Positions 18,864 to 29,899 are shown, counted from the first letter of the stretch. The stretch: 64,000 bases of DNA from Thermoanaerobaculia bacterium (GCA_963846495.1 CAWJWP010000015.1:34959-98958); one strand, 5' to 3'. Numbers and translations are program-made. Notes: a model not told the origin generated them from the letters alone.

Positions 18864-20752
18864 ATGACGACGACGCCCGACTCCTCTCCGTCGTCGACGC
18901 CCGCGCGGCCGCTGTGGCGGTCACCGTGGGTGCTGGGCGGTCTCGTGCTGGTCGCCATCGCTCGGATTGCCGCGATGCCGCACGGACCCACGGAATGGGA
19001 CGAGCTGCTCTTCGTGCGCGGCGTCGAGAGCTTCGAGCCGTTGCACCATCGCCCGCACCCGCCCGGCTATCCGCTGTTGATCGGCCTCGGCAAGCTGGCG
19101 GCGGCGATCGTCGGCGACCCCTTCCGCGGCTTGGTCTGGGTGTCGGTGGTCGCATCGCTGGTCAGGGTCGCGGCGCTGATCGCCGCCTACGCGCCGCTCT
19201 GCGACGGGCGCGGCGCCGCCGGCGTGCGGCAGCGGTGGGCCGTTGCCGGCGCGCTGCTGTTTGCGCTCTCGCCGTCGATGCTCGTCCACGGCTCGATGGC
19301 CTTCTCCGACGCGCCGGCGCTCGCCTTCGCCGCCATCGCTTTGGCCGCGGCCGTCGCTCCGCCGAGCGCCACGAGCGCCGCCATCGCCGGCGCCGGCGCT
19401 GCCGCTGCCATCGGCTGCCGCCCGCAGCTCGCGATCGCCGTCGTCCCCGCGCTGCTCGTCGCGCTGCTGCTCGCCGCACGCACTGGCGCGTCGCGAGGGT
19501 GCGTCGCGCGCCGCCGCAGCGCGGCTCGTCGGCATCGGAATCGGCGCCTTCAGCGTCGTTGCCCTCGCCTGGCTGGTGCCCCTCGTGGCGGCGAGCGGCG
19601 GCCCGCGCGGCTTCCTGCGGCTGCTGCAAGGGCAAGCAGGCCTGGTGGCGCGGCAATGACGCCTCGCTCTCTCGCGCCGGCACGTCGACGGCGGAGCTGC
19701 TCTCGCGGTTCCTGCTCGATCCCTGGGGTCCGCGCTGGGCCGCCTGGCTCGTGCTCGGGCTCGCCGCGGCCGGCGCCGTGCGGGTGCTGGTCGCGCGGCG
19801 CGCCATCGCCCTGCCACTGCTCGTCTTCGGCGCTGCGGACCTGGCCTTCGCGCTCGCGGTGATGAATCCCGACGACGGACCTCGGTATGCGTTGCCGTCG
19901 ATGGTCGCCATCGCCGGGCTCGCGGCGGTCGGCGGCGCTACCCTCGAACGACGCCTCCCGGTCGGCAAGGCGGCGCTGCTCGTCCCGGCTGCCGCGATCA
20001 TCGCCTTCGCCGTCTACACTGCGCCGCTACTGCGCCAGCGGACGACGAGCGACTCGCCGCCAGTCCAGGCCGCCGCGTGGGGGCGCGACCACCTGCCGCC
20101 GCGCGCGCTCGTCCTCTACGACCGCCAGCTCGAGTCCTTCGCGCTCCAGCTGCTGCCGCAGTGGAAGCGCATCCCCGCCGACGCTCGCCTGCCGTGTAGC
20201 TGGCGCGGCGAGGTGTTCCTCCTCGCCGAGGGCCCGAGCGCCGCGCCCGGCGGCGCCACGTTCGAGTGGCCGCGCGGCGATGCCTGGCGGCGGCTCACTC
20301 GCGGACACTACGGCGTCGTGTCGTGGACGCCCGTTCCGGCGGGCCGGCTCTTCGAAGCGCGCGCCGGCGTCTACGGTCCCGAGCCTTCCTCGATCGGGGT
20401 GCTCGCGGATGCGGGGAAGGGCAACGGCTGGCGTTGGCTCGCCGACGAAGCCTCGTTCCGCGTCTGCCCCGGCGGCGCGACGGCGCTCGACCTGGCGCTG
20501 CGGCTGCCGCCCGGCGCGCCCAACGACGCAGTCGCCGTGAGAATCGAGCTCGGCGGCGCGCCCCAACCCACGCTGCATCTGCGCCGCGGCGAGCGCCGCG
20601 ACCTTCGCCTGCCCCTCGTCCCCGGCCGCCGCGTCCGCCTCGATCTCCACGCCGACCGCTCCTTCGTGCCCGCGCAGGCGGGGATCACCAGCGGCGACCA
20701 ACGTCGCCTCGCCGTGCAGCTCGTGCATTGGCAGCTCGTGCAACCGCGCTGA
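18864..20752 (+). CDS. GT-C fold glycosyltransferase, tandem paralog of the 16862 gene (about 50-55% identity); two apparent frameshifts at about 19480 and 19650
   Basis: The N-terminus in ORF 18864..19862 has the same WDELLFVRGVESFEPLHHRPHPPGYPL motif. The middle segment is in the 19243..19659 frame and the C-terminus in the 18914..20752 frame, ending RRLAVQLVHWQLV (compare RRLAVQLVSCAL in copy 1). Confidence 0.6.
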
Positions 20753-20865
20753 GCAACTACGTGGGCGAGCCGCAGGCGAGCCCGCATGTCGTGGAGCGGC
20801 CGGCCGACTGTGGCTGGCCGCGAAACAACGTCCGCGGCTGCTACCATTTCGCCGTGCCCCCCGGC

Positions 20866-21717
20866 ATGCCTCGGTACTCGGTCTCGATGGTCCTCCCCAT
20901 GTTCAACGAGGAGGAGACGATCGAGCACGCCCTCGCCGTCGGCGTCGACGCGCTCGAGCGCCACGGCGGCGACTGGGAGCTGGTGGTGGTCGACGACGCC
21001 TCGACCGACGGCTCGCCGGCGATGGTCGCGGCGGCCGCCGCCGCCGAGCCTCGCATCCGGCTGCTCCACCATCCGAAGAACCGCAAGCTCGGCGGCACGC
21101 TGCGCACGGGCTTCGCGGCCTGCCGGCGCGACCTCGTGCTCTACATGGACGCCGACCTGCCCTTCGACCCCGACGTCTTGGGGCGGGCGATCCGCGCGCT
21201 GCACGTCTCGCGCGCCGACATGATCGCCGGCTATCGCCTCGACCGCACGACCGAGGGGCTGCTGCGCACCGTCTACTCGTACGTCTACAACACCCTCATC
21301 GGGCTCCTCTTCGGCTGGCCGCACCGCGACATCAACTTCTCCTTCAAGCTGATGCGGCGCGAAGTGCTCGAGGCGGTCGACCTGCGCGCCGAGGGCTCGC
21401 TCATCGACGCCGAGCTGATCGTCAAGGCAAAGAACCTCGGCTTCGTCATCCAGCAGCTCGGCCTCGACTACTTCCCGCGCTCGCGCGGCCGCTCGACGCT
21501 GTCGTCGCCGTCGGTGATCCTCAAGATCTTCCGCGAGCTGGTGAAGCTCTACCCCGAGATGCGACGGCCGCGGCGGCGCACGCCGTCGCCCGAAGGCGGG
21601 GCGGCGCCGGTGCACGCCGATGCGAGCGCGCGCGGCAACGACGATCGCGCCGCGGCCGCACCTGCCGTCGGCGGACACTCCGCCGCGCCTATCGCCGGCA
21701 CTGTCACGCCTTCTTGA
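20866..21717 (+). CDS. GT2 family glycosyltransferase, polyprenyl-phosphate sugar synthase type (DPM1/ArnC/GtrB-like)
   Basis: MPRYSVSMVLPMFNEEETIEHAL...ELVVVDDASTDGS...LYMDADL: GT-A fold with DxD, in the DPM1-like subfamily, about 283 aa. Confidence 0.75.
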   Translation: MPRYSVSMVLPMFNEEETIEHALAVGVDALERHGGDWELVVVDDASTDGSPAMVAAAAAAEPRIRLLHHPKNRKLGGTLRTGFAACRRDLVLYMDADLPFDPDVLGRAIRALHVSRADMIAGYRLDRTTEGLLRTVYSYVYNTLIGLLFGWPHRDINFSFKLMRREVLEAVDLRAEGSLIDAELIVKAKNLGFVIQQLGLDYFPRSRGRSTLSSPSVILKIFRELVKLYPEMRRPRRRTPSPEGGAAPVHADASARGNDDRAAAAPAVGGHSAAPIAGTVTPS

Positions 21718-22595
21718 GGCAGTTAGTCGTCACCGCCGACGACGTCGGCCTGGCGCCGGGCATGACCCGCGGCGCCCTCGAGGCGGCGGAACGCGGCATC
21801 GTCACGGCGGTGAGCGTGGCCGCGGTGGGCGAAGCCTTCGATGAAGCGATCGCCGAGCTGCGCCGCTGCCCGCAGCTCGACGTCGGTGCGCATCTCGTAC
21901 TGGTGGGGGAGCGGCCGCTCTCGCCACCGGCGGAGGTCCGCTCGTTGCTCGGTCGCGACGGCCGCCTGCTGCCGAGCTTCGCCGCTTTTTGCGCCCGCTA
22001 CGCGCGCGGCGCGGTAGCGATCGACGAGGTCCGCCGCGAGCTCGGTCGCCAGCTGGCGCGCCTCCTCGACACCGGCCTACGAGTGCTCCACCTCAACTCG
22101 CACCAGCACCTCCACGCACTGCCCCGCGTGTTCGACGAGGTCGCGGCGCTGGCGGTAACGCATGGCATCCCCTTCGTGCGGATCCCAGAGGACCCGCTGT
22201 TGCCGCTGCCACTTACGCCGCGTGGGGCAGCACTGCGCACACTGCGCTCGCTAGCGCGTCGCTGTCGTCGCCGTCTCGCTGGGTCACCAGTGGCCGCGCT
22301 CGACGGCACGCTCGGCCTCTCCGCCGCCGGCCACCTCACCACGGCGCGGCTGCGCACCCTGCTCGACGCATCGTGGCGCGGCCGCTACGAGCTGGTCTGC
22401 CACCCCGGCGCCGGCGAGGCCGAGCTCGCTTCCCGCTACCGCTGGAACTACGAATGGGACGCCGAACGCGGCGCGCTCTCTGAGCCAGGACTCGCGGCCG
22501 CCCTCGCCGAGCGCGGCATCGAGCTGACGTCCTTCAGCCGCCTGGCGCCTACTTCCCCTGCCACTGGGCCGGCCGCTTCTCCAGGAAGGCGCTGA
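21714..22595 (+). CDS. YdjC/ChbG/HpnK/NaxD-family carbohydrate deacetylase
   Basis: LVVTADDVGLAPGMTRGALEAAERGIVTAVSVAAVG...PQLDVGAHLVLVGERPL...LHLNSHQHLH is the YdjC-like fold. A TTG start overlaps the GT2 stop. Confidence 0.7.
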   Translation: MRQLVVTADDVGLAPGMTRGALEAAERGIVTAVSVAAVGEAFDEAIAELRRCPQLDVGAHLVLVGERPLSPPAEVRSLLGRDGRLLPSFAAFCARYARGAVAIDEVRRELGRQLARLLDTGLRVLHLNSHQHLHALPRVFDEVAALAVTHGIPFVRIPEDPLLPLPLTPRGAALRTLRSLARRCRRRLAGSPVAALDGTLGLSAAGHLTTARLRTLLDASWRGRYELVCHPGAGEAELASRYRWNYEWDAERGALSEPGLAAALAERGIELTSFSRLAPTSPATGPAASPGRR

Positions 22596-23325
22596 CGCCT
22601 TCCTTCATGTCGGCGGTGGAGAAGCAGAGGCAGAAGAGGTCGCGCTCGTAGACGATCCCCTCGTCGAGCGGCAGGCGCTCGCTGGCGCGGATCGCTTCCT
22701 TGGTGACCTTGACCGTCAGCGGGCTCATCGCCGCGATCTTGTGGGCGAGCTCGAGGGTCTTGGCGCGCAGCTCCTCGTGCGGCACCACCACGTCGACGAG
22801 GCCGATCTCCTTCGCCTCGGCGGCGCCGATCATGTCGCCGGTCAAGGTCAGCCGCATGGCGTTGCCGAGGCCGACGAGGCGGGGTAGCCGCTGGGTGCCG
22901 CCGCCGCCGGGGATCAGGCCGAGCTTGATCTCGGGCTGGCCGAAGCGCGCGCGCTCCGAAGCGATGCGGATGTCGCACGACATCGCCAGCTCGCAGCCGC
23001 CGCCAAGGCAGAAGCCGTTGATGCTGGCGATCACGGGCTTGGGGTAGCTCGACATCACGTCGTAGAGGCGCGGGAAGCGCATCGCCTCGCGCTGGTCCAT
23101 CGGGGTACGGCCCTGGAACTCGCCGATGTCGGCGCCGGCCACGAACGACTTGTCGCCAGCGCCGGTAATGACCAGCACGCCGATCGCGTCGTCGTGCTCG
23201 AGCTCGGCGAGGGCGGCGAGCACCTCGTCGCGCACCTGCTGCGACAGCGCGTTGAGCTTGTCGGGACGGTTGATGGTGAGGATGGCGACACGGCCGTCGC
23301 GGTCGATCAGAATGGTCTCGGGCAT
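22549..23325 (-). CDS. Enoyl-CoA hydratase/isomerase (crotonase) family protein
   Basis: VAILTINRPDKLNAL...FVAGADI...INGFCLGGGCELAMSCDIRIA. Confidence 0.85.
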   Translation of the reverse strand: MPETILIDRDGRVAILTINRPDKLNALSQQVRDEVLAALAELEHDDAIGVLVITGAGDKSFVAGADIGEFQGRTPMDQREAMRFPRLYDVMSSYPKPVIASINGFCLGGGCELAMSCDIRIASERARFGQPEIKLGLIPGGGGTQRLPRLVGLGNAMRLTLTGDMIGAAEAKEIGLVDVVVPHEELRAKTLELAHKIAAMSPLTVKVTKEAIRASERLPLDEGIVYERDLFCLCFSTADMKEGVSAFLEKRPAQWQGK

Positions 23326-23416
23326 CGGTCTCCTCCAGGAATCGAAATGGCCTCCGCAGGGATCGAGATCTTCGTTGCGGCCCTGCTCGCGCTGAACACG
23401 CGGCTACTCGACGAGC

Positions 23417-24193
<777 letters not shown>

Positions 24194-24937
24194 CGCAGCG
24201 CCGGCTCGGCCGCCTCGGATCGCCATGGAGGCGCGCGCGGCGACCTCGTCGCGGAAGCGCTCGAGCAGCGCCCGCTGGCTGGCCATGCTGACCAGGTTCT
24301 CGGGGTGCCACTGCACCGCCCACAGCCACCAGTCGGGATCGTCGCCCGCCACCGCCTCGACGATGCCGTCGGGTGCCACCGCCACCGCGGTGAGCCCCGG
24401 CGCCAGCTGCTTGATGGCTTGGTGATGGCGCGAGTTGACGAGCGACGGCTCGCGCGACAGCAGGTCGCCCAGCTCGGTGTCGCGCGACACGGGCTGCACG
24501 GGGTGGATGAGGGCGTCGCGCGGGAACGACAGATCGTGCAGCACCGCGTTCGGCCACATCAGCTTGAGGTCCTGCCACAGCGTGCCGCCGAGGAAGGCGT
24601 TGGTCACCTGCAGGCCGCGGCAGACGCCGAAGCAGGGCGTCTTCGCCTCGCGCGCGCCGGCGAGCAGCCCCAGCTCGACGGCGTCGCGCTCGGGCATCAA
24701 CGAGAGGTTGGCGTGCGGGTGCGGCTCCTCGCCGTAGTAATGCGGCTCGATGTCGGGGCCGCCGCAGAGCAGCAGGCCGCCGGCTTCGGCGGCGAGCGCC
24801 GGCGCGTCGCGCGGCGAAAGCCGTTCGGGGGTGACGAGGATCACGTCCTCCGCCGGCACGTCGATGGCGCGCAGGGCCTCGAGGTACGGCACCGCGCGGT
24901 CCTCGCGCGAGCAGGAGACGATGATGCGCGTGCTCAT
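24194..24937 (-). CDS. Class I glutamine amidotransferase-like / peptidase C26 (gamma-glutamyl-GABA hydrolase PuuD-like) domain
   Basis: MSTRIIVS...GVCRGLQ (Cys nucleophile)...VQWHPE (His/Glu). The ATG at 24937 overlaps the thiolase stop (ATGA), suggesting translational coupling. Confidence 0.7.
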
Positions 24938-26124
24938 GCGGCTTCGACGAGGGCGGCCAGTCCCATGCCGCCCGATACGCAGAGCGTAGCAACTCCGCGC
25001 CGGCCCTGGCGCGCCGCGAGGCCGTGGAGCAGCGTCACCAGGATGCGGGCGCCGGTGGCGCCGATCGGATGGCCGAGCGCGATGGCGCCGCCGTCGGGGT
25101 TGACGAGGCGGCGCTCGAACGGCAGGTCCTTCAGGCAGGCGAGCACCTGGCTGGCGAACGCCTCGTTGAGCTCGACCTGGTCGATCGCGTCGTAGTCGAG
25201 CCGCTGGCGTCCGAGCAGCTGCCGCACGGCAGGCACCGGGCCGATGCCCATGATCCGTGGGTCGACGCCGACGACCTCCCAATCGACGAGGTAGCCGGCC
25301 GGCCGCAGGCCGAGCCGCTCGGCGGCCGCCTCGGAGGCGACGACGAGCGCGGCGGCGCCGTCGGTGATGCCGGAGGCGTTGCCGGCGGTGACCGTGCCGC
25401 CCTCGCGGAAGACCGGCGCGAGCTTGGCGAGCGCGGCTGCGGTGACGCCGTCGCGCGGGTGCTCGTCGGTGTCGACGACCGTGTCGCCGCCGCGGCCGGG
25501 CACCGTCACCGGCGCGATCTCGGCGGCGAAGCGCCCCGCCTTGCGCGCCTCCTCGCAGCAGCGCTGGCTCTCCGCCGCGTACTCGTCGGCGGCGGCGCGA
25601 TCGATCCCCGCCTCCACTGCCAGCTCCTCGGCCGTCTCGCCCATCACCAGCTTCGACAGCGGGTCGTTGAAGCCGTCCTGGTACATGCCGTCGACGATCT
25701 CGGCGTGGCCGAGCCGGTAGCCCCAGCGCGCGCGCGGCAGCAGGTAGGGCGTGTTCGACATGCTCTCGGTGCCGCCGGCGAGCACCACCTCCGCCTCGCC
25801 GAGCCGGATGGCGCGCGCCGCGCAGAGCACCGCCTGCAAGCCCGAGCCGCAGGCCTGGTTGACGGTGAACGCCGGCCGCTCCTGCGGCACGCCGCTGCGA
25901 TAGGCGATCTGCCGCGCCGTGTTCGGCCCGCCGCCCGCCTGCCGAGCGTGACCGAACACGACTTGGTCGACGACCTCGCCGCCGATGCCGGCGCGCTCGA
26001 GCGCCGCGCGCGCTGCGGCGGTGCCGAGGTCGGCGGCGGTGAGCGGCGCCAGCGCGCCGCCGAAGCGGCCGATCGGCGTGCGCACGGGCGCGGCGAGGAC
26101 GAGACGTGGGGCAGGTGTCGTCAT
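24934..26124 (-). CDS. Acetyl-CoA C-acyltransferase (thiolase II family)
   Basis: The 396-aa product has [12 protein letters not shown] (active-site Cys), [14 protein letters not shown] and [11 protein letters not shown] thiolase signatures. Confidence 0.9.
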   Translation of the reverse strand: MTTPAPRLVLAAPVRTPIGRFGGALAPLTAADLGTAAARAALERAGIGGEVVDQVVFGHARQAGGGPNTARQIAYRSGVPQERPAFTVNQACGSGLQAVLCAARAIRLGEAEVVLAGGTESMSNTPYLLPRARWGYRLGHAEIVDGMYQDGFNDPLSKLVMGETAEELAVEAGIDRAAADEYAAESQRCCEEARKAGRFAAEIAPVTVPGRGGDTVVDTDEHPRDGVTAAALAKLAPVFREGGTVTAGNASGITDGAAALVVASEAAAERLGLRPAGYLVDWEVVGVDPRIMGIGPVPAVRQLLGRQRLDYDAIDQVELNEAFASQVLACLKDLPFERRLVNPDGGAIALGHPIGATGARILVTLLHGLAARQGRRGVATLCVSGGMGLAALVEAA

Positions 26125-26247
26125 GACATCCAGTGCGGTCGAAGCGGCCCGCTTCTGTCATTGCGAGGAGCGCAGCCATGCGATCCCTCGACAGGCTTCC
26201 ACGGCGCCGCGCCGCGGCGTCATTCCGCAGCGGCGCGGCGGTGCGGC

Positions 26248-27063
26248 TCAGCGCCCCGAAAACTCCGGCTTCCGCTTGTCGACGTAGGCGGACAGCCCTT
26301 CCTTGGCGTCGGCGCTCTCGAACAGCTGCTGCTGCAGCTCGCGCTCGATGGCGAGGCCGCTCTCGAAGGGGACCTCCCAGCCGCTCTGCACCGCGCGCTT
26401 GATGCGGCCGATGGCCTTGGCAGCGCGGTTGGGCGGGCAGAAGCCGCGCGCGTAGCGGTGCACCTGGTCGAAGAAATCGTCCCCCTCGAGCACCTGATTG
26501 ACGATGCCCCACTCGAGGCACTTCTCGTAGGTGATCAGGTCGCCGGTCACCATCAGCTCGATCGAGCGGCTCTTGCCGACGATGCGCGACAGCCGCTGCG
26601 TGCCGCCGGTGCCGGGTAGCACGCCCAGCGACACCTCGGGCAGGCCGACCTTGCCCGAGCCCTTCTTCGCCAGCCGCACGTCCGCCGCCATGGCGATCTC
26701 GAGGCCGCCGCCGACGGTGTGCCCGTGGAGCGCCGCGATGACGAGCTTCGGCGTCTGCTCGAGGCGGTTGAGCGTCTCGTTGGCGTGCAGGCAGAAGTAG
26801 TACTTGAAGACGGGATCGGCGCCCTTGAGCATGTTGATGTCGGCGCCGGCGCAGAAGAACTTCTCGCCCTGGCCTCGCAACACGATGACGTGCACGTCCT
26901 TGTCGAAGCGCGCGCGCAGGATGGCGTCGTCGAGCTGGCGCATCATCTCGTGCGTGTAGCAATTGGCGGGTGGGAAATCGAGAGTGAAATAGGCCACACC
27001 CTCGCGCACTTCGTAGTGCACCAGCGTCTGCGTCTGCGGCTCGGTCACGGCTTCGACGGTCAT
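26248..27063 (-). CDS. Enoyl-CoA hydratase/isomerase family protein
   Basis: VAYFTLDFPPANCY...FCAGADI...ALHGHTVGGGLEIAMAADVRLA. Start taken at the second Met (MTVEAV), which is preceded by GGAGGAG. Confidence 0.8.
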   Translation of the reverse strand: MTVEAVTEPQTQTLVHYEVREGVAYFTLDFPPANCYTHEMMRQLDDAILRARFDKDVHVIVLRGQGEKFFCAGADINMLKGADPVFKYYFCLHANETLNRLEQTPKLVIAALHGHTVGGGLEIAMAADVRLAKKGSGKVGLPEVSLGVLPGTGGTQRLSRIVGKSRSIELMVTGDLITYEKCLEWGIVNQVLEGDDFFDQVHRYARGFCPPNRAAKAIGRIKRAVQSGWEVPFESGLAIERELQQQLFESADAKEGLSAYVDKRKPEFSGR

Positions 27064-27261
27064 TCCGATCTCCTCCATCGGAGCGAAGTTTGCGGATTGG
27101 GTTCGAGGCGTCACGGGGCTCTTGAGCGCCCCTCCGGGGCCGTTATCTTGTCACAGCGCTCGCAGCGTTCCGGACGCGTGCGCGTCGTCTTGACCCCCTT
27201 GCGACCCCTCCCTACAATGACTTCGGGGATCCCCTGTGCTCGACGTGTCTGCGCGCTGCCG

Positions 27262-27972
27262 ATGAGAACCGGCTACAACACCGACGTTCGGTACAAGGAA
27301 CGGGTGTTCCACGTCCAGACCGAGGACAAGGGGCTCAACAACCCGTACATCGAGAGCGTCGTGTACTTCGGCGGTCAGGTGATGGCCGCCAAGCGCGCGA
27401 CGTATGCCGACCTGCTGCAGCAAGGCCAGGGCGGCGACGCGATCGGCAGCCGGATGGAAAACCAGCACCGGATGATGATCGCCGCCATCCGCTCCGGCAA
27501 GCTCGACGGCAAGCTGCGCGAGGTGATCGGCCCCGACAGCGACGAGACGCGGCTCGCCGACGGCCGCGAGAACAGCGGCGCGCGGGGAACCGCCTCGACA
27601 CTGCTCGACCAGGCGCGCGACGACGAGGGCCCGACTCTCGATCAGGTGATCCTCGACTACCTGACCTCGGAAGCCCACCACGAGCAGCTGGCGCTGGTCC
27701 TCACCGGCGAGGCGTTCTCGGCCGGCCGGACGAGCCACGTCGCCGTGCGCGCGACTTCGGTGCGCAGCGGCCTGCCGGTGGCGGGCGCGCAGGTGACGGT
27801 GAAGCTCATCTCCACCGTGCGCGAGCCGGTGGTGCTCGGCCACGGCACGACCGACGACGAGGGGCTGCTGCGCGTCGACGTCGCCGTGCCGACGCTCCAC
27901 GGCGGCATGGCGGCGGTGATCGTCTCGGCGACGAGCCTCGTCGGCAGCAGCGAGGTCAAGCAGATCCTGTGA
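27262..27972 (+). CDS. Hypothetical protein (237 aa), translationally coupled to thiS
   Basis: MRTGYNTDVRYKERVFHVQTEDKG... has a protein-like composition in a frame distinct from the antisense junk ORFs. Its TGA overlaps the GTG of the next gene (GTGA). Confidence 0.55.
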   Translation: MRTGYNTDVRYKERVFHVQTEDKGLNNPYIESVVYFGGQVMAAKRATYADLLQQGQGGDAIGSRMENQHRMMIAAIRSGKLDGKLREVIGPDSDETRLADGRENSGARGTASTLLDQARDDEGPTLDQVILDYLTSEAHHEQLALVLTGEAFSAGRTSHVAVRATSVRSGLPVAGAQVTVKLISTVREPVVLGHGTTDDEGLLRVDVAVPTLHGGMAAVIVSATSLVGSSEVKQIL

Positions 27973-28205
27973 CCGCCGCCGGCGGCTCGCGGCAAGCCGC
28001 AGCGGAGCAGATCGTCGTCAACGGCGAGCCGCGCGACGTGGCGCCGGGCACGCGGCTGCTCGACCTGCTCGCCGCGCTCGATCTCGACCCGCGCACCGTC
28101 GCCGTCGAAAAGAACGGCGAGGTGCTGCGCCGCGCCTCCTTCGGCGACGTCGAGCTGCAACCGGGCGATCGCCTCGAGATCGTGCGCTTCGTGCAGGGCG
28201 GCTGA
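27969..28205 (+). CDS. thiS: ThiS/MoaD-family sulfur-carrier (ubiquitin-like) protein ending in Gly-Gly
   Basis: IVVNGEPRDVAPGTRLLDLLAALDLDPRTVAVEKNGEVLRR...LQPGDRLEIVRFVQGG* is the ThiS pattern with a C-terminal GG. Confidence 0.75.
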   Translation: MTAAGGSRQAAAEQIVVNGEPRDVAPGTRLLDLLAALDLDPRTVAVEKNGEVLRRASFGDVELQPGDRLEIVRFVQGG

Positions 28206-28261
28206 GCCGGGATTGTTTCGAGCGACCTCAGCGGTTATCCTTACCGGCGCTTCGCGACCGT

Positions 28262-28337
28262 GGGCCGCTAGCTCAACTGGCAGAGCAGCAGACTCTTAAT
28301 CTGCGGGTTCGGGGTTCGATTCCCTGGCGGCTCACCA
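28262..28337 (+). tRNA. tRNA-Lys (anticodon CTT), 76 nt including CCA
   Basis: Hand-folded cloverleaf: acceptor GGGCCGC/GCGGCTC, anticodon stem GCAGA/TCTGC, loop CTCTTAA (anticodon CUU), T-arm GGTTCGATTCC. Confidence 0.85.
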
Positions 28338-28415
28338 TCTCCTCTTCCATTCGATTGCAGGAACGCAGGCGCCGCGGCGATGCCGTCGGCGCCTCGTACC
28401 ATTCGGGGCGTCGAT

Positions 28416-28500
28416 GCGAAAGTGGCGGAACTGGTAGACGCGCTAGACTTAGGATCTAGTCCCGAAAGGGGTGGGGGTTCGAGTCCCCCCTTTCGCACCA
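28416..28500 (+). tRNA. tRNA-Leu (anticodon TAG), 85 nt with long variable arm, including CCA
   Basis: Acceptor GCGAAAG/CTTTCGC, anticodon stem CTAGA/TCTAG, loop CTTAGGA (anticodon UAG), long variable arm, T-loop GGTTCGAGTCC. Confidence 0.85.
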
Positions 28501-28536
28501 TCCCCTGACACCCACGTCCCTCCCTTCGAGGAAGCG

Positions 28537-29869
28537 ATGAGCGTAGTCCTCTCCGTCCAAGACGTCGGCCCCTGCCGCAAGCAGCTGAAGATCGAGGTGC
28601 CGGCGCCGGCCGTCGCCGCCGAGACCGAGCGCGTGATCGGCGAGTACCGCAAGCGCGCGCGGCTGCCCGGCTTCCGCCCCGGCAAGGTGCCGGCGAACAT
28701 CGTCCGCCAGCGCTTCAAGAAAGAGATCGAGCAGGACGTGGTGGAGCGGCTGGTGCCGCGCTACTGGCACCAGGCCGAGGCGGAGCAGAAGCTCGAGCCG
28801 CTGCTGCCGCCCGAGCTCGGAGAGGTCGACATCTCGCTCGGCGAGTCGATGACTTTCACCGCCACCGTCGAGACGCGGCCCGAGATCGAGCTGCGCGGCT
28901 ACAAGGACCTGCAGCTGCCCGATCTGCCGACCGACGGCCACCGACGAAGAGGTCGACAAGCAGCTCGAGGACCTGCGCCGCCGCGCCGGCACGTGGAGCA
29001 AAGTCGAACGCCCCGCCGGCCGCGGCGACCGCGTGGTCGCCGAGATCGCCGTCGTCGGCGACGCGTCCGGCGCACCGAGTGAGCCGCAGAAATCTTCCTT
29101 CGAAGTGGGCGACGAGCGCGTGTGGGAGGAGCTGTCGCTCGCCGCCACCGGCCTCGCGCCCGGCCAGTCCTCGACCTTCCGCCGCCGCACCGCCGAAGGC
29201 GAGGAGGCGAAGGACTACAAGGTCAAGGTGGAGACGATCGAGGAGCTCGAGCCGGCGCCGCTCGACGACGAGCTGGCGAAGAAGGTGAGCAAGTTTCAGA
29301 CGCTCCCCGAGCTGCGCTCCGCCGTCGAGAAGATGATCGTCGACGCCAAGAAGCGCGAGCGCGGCCGCCAGCGCGAGGGCTCGCTGCTGCAGCAGCTGCG
29401 CGAGCGCCACCCGCTGACGCTTCCCGAAGGCGTGGTGCAGCAGGAGATGGAGACGATGGTGCGCGAGTACGCCCACCAGCTCGCGCACCAGGGCATCGAC
29501 GTCGAGAAGGCCGGCATCGACTGGGGCGCCCTCGGCGAGCGCGCGCGGCCCGACGCCGAGCGCATCGTGCACTCGCGCCTGCTGCTCGACTCCATCGCCG
29601 AGGCGGAGAGCATCGAGGTGCCCGAGGAGCGGCTCGAAGCGCTGCTCGCCGAGATCGCGCGCGAGCGCAAGTCGACGCCGCTGCAGGTGCGGCGCGAGCT
29701 CGACAACTCGGGGCGCCTCATCGGCATCCGCCGGCAGCTGCGGCGGCAGGAGACGGTGCGCCACCTGCTCGGCGAAGAGGGGACGCTAGAATCCGACCTC
29801 ACGGCGGCGGACGTGCACGCCCATCACGACCACGACCATGACCACGCGCACGACCACGACCACGACTGA
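28537..29869 (+). CDS. tig: Trigger factor; frameshift at about 28935-28945; unusual His/Asp-rich C-terminal tail
   Basis: N-terminus MSVVLSVQDVGPCRKQLKIEVP...GFRPGKVP (ribosome-binding domain) in ORF 28471..29082. The remainder (ATDEEVDKQLEDLRRR..., PPIase and C-domain) is in ORF 29033..29869. Ends ...AADVHAHHDHDHDHAHDHDHD*. Confidence 0.75.
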
Positions 29870-29899
29870 TTGACGGCCGCCGACAGGAGAGCAGTGCAG

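Noticed and set aside
17255-18991. 578-aa minus-strand ORF and the 334-aa plus-strand ORF 17509..18513 inside GT-C copy 1
   Set aside because: Out-of-frame or antisense reads of the membrane glycosyltransferase gene, with extreme Arg content.
25024-26619. 531-aa plus-strand ORF antisense to the thiolase
   Set aside because: Asp/Gly/Ala/Arg-rich with no motifs. The thiolase on the minus strand has unmistakable signatures.
28206-28536. Considered whether the tRNA-Lys/tRNA-Leu pair marks an integration site for the nearby accessory genes
   Set aside because: No integrase, direct repeats of the tRNA 3' ends, or compositional shift are seen next to the tRNAs. Downstream is the universally conserved tig-clpPX-lon block.
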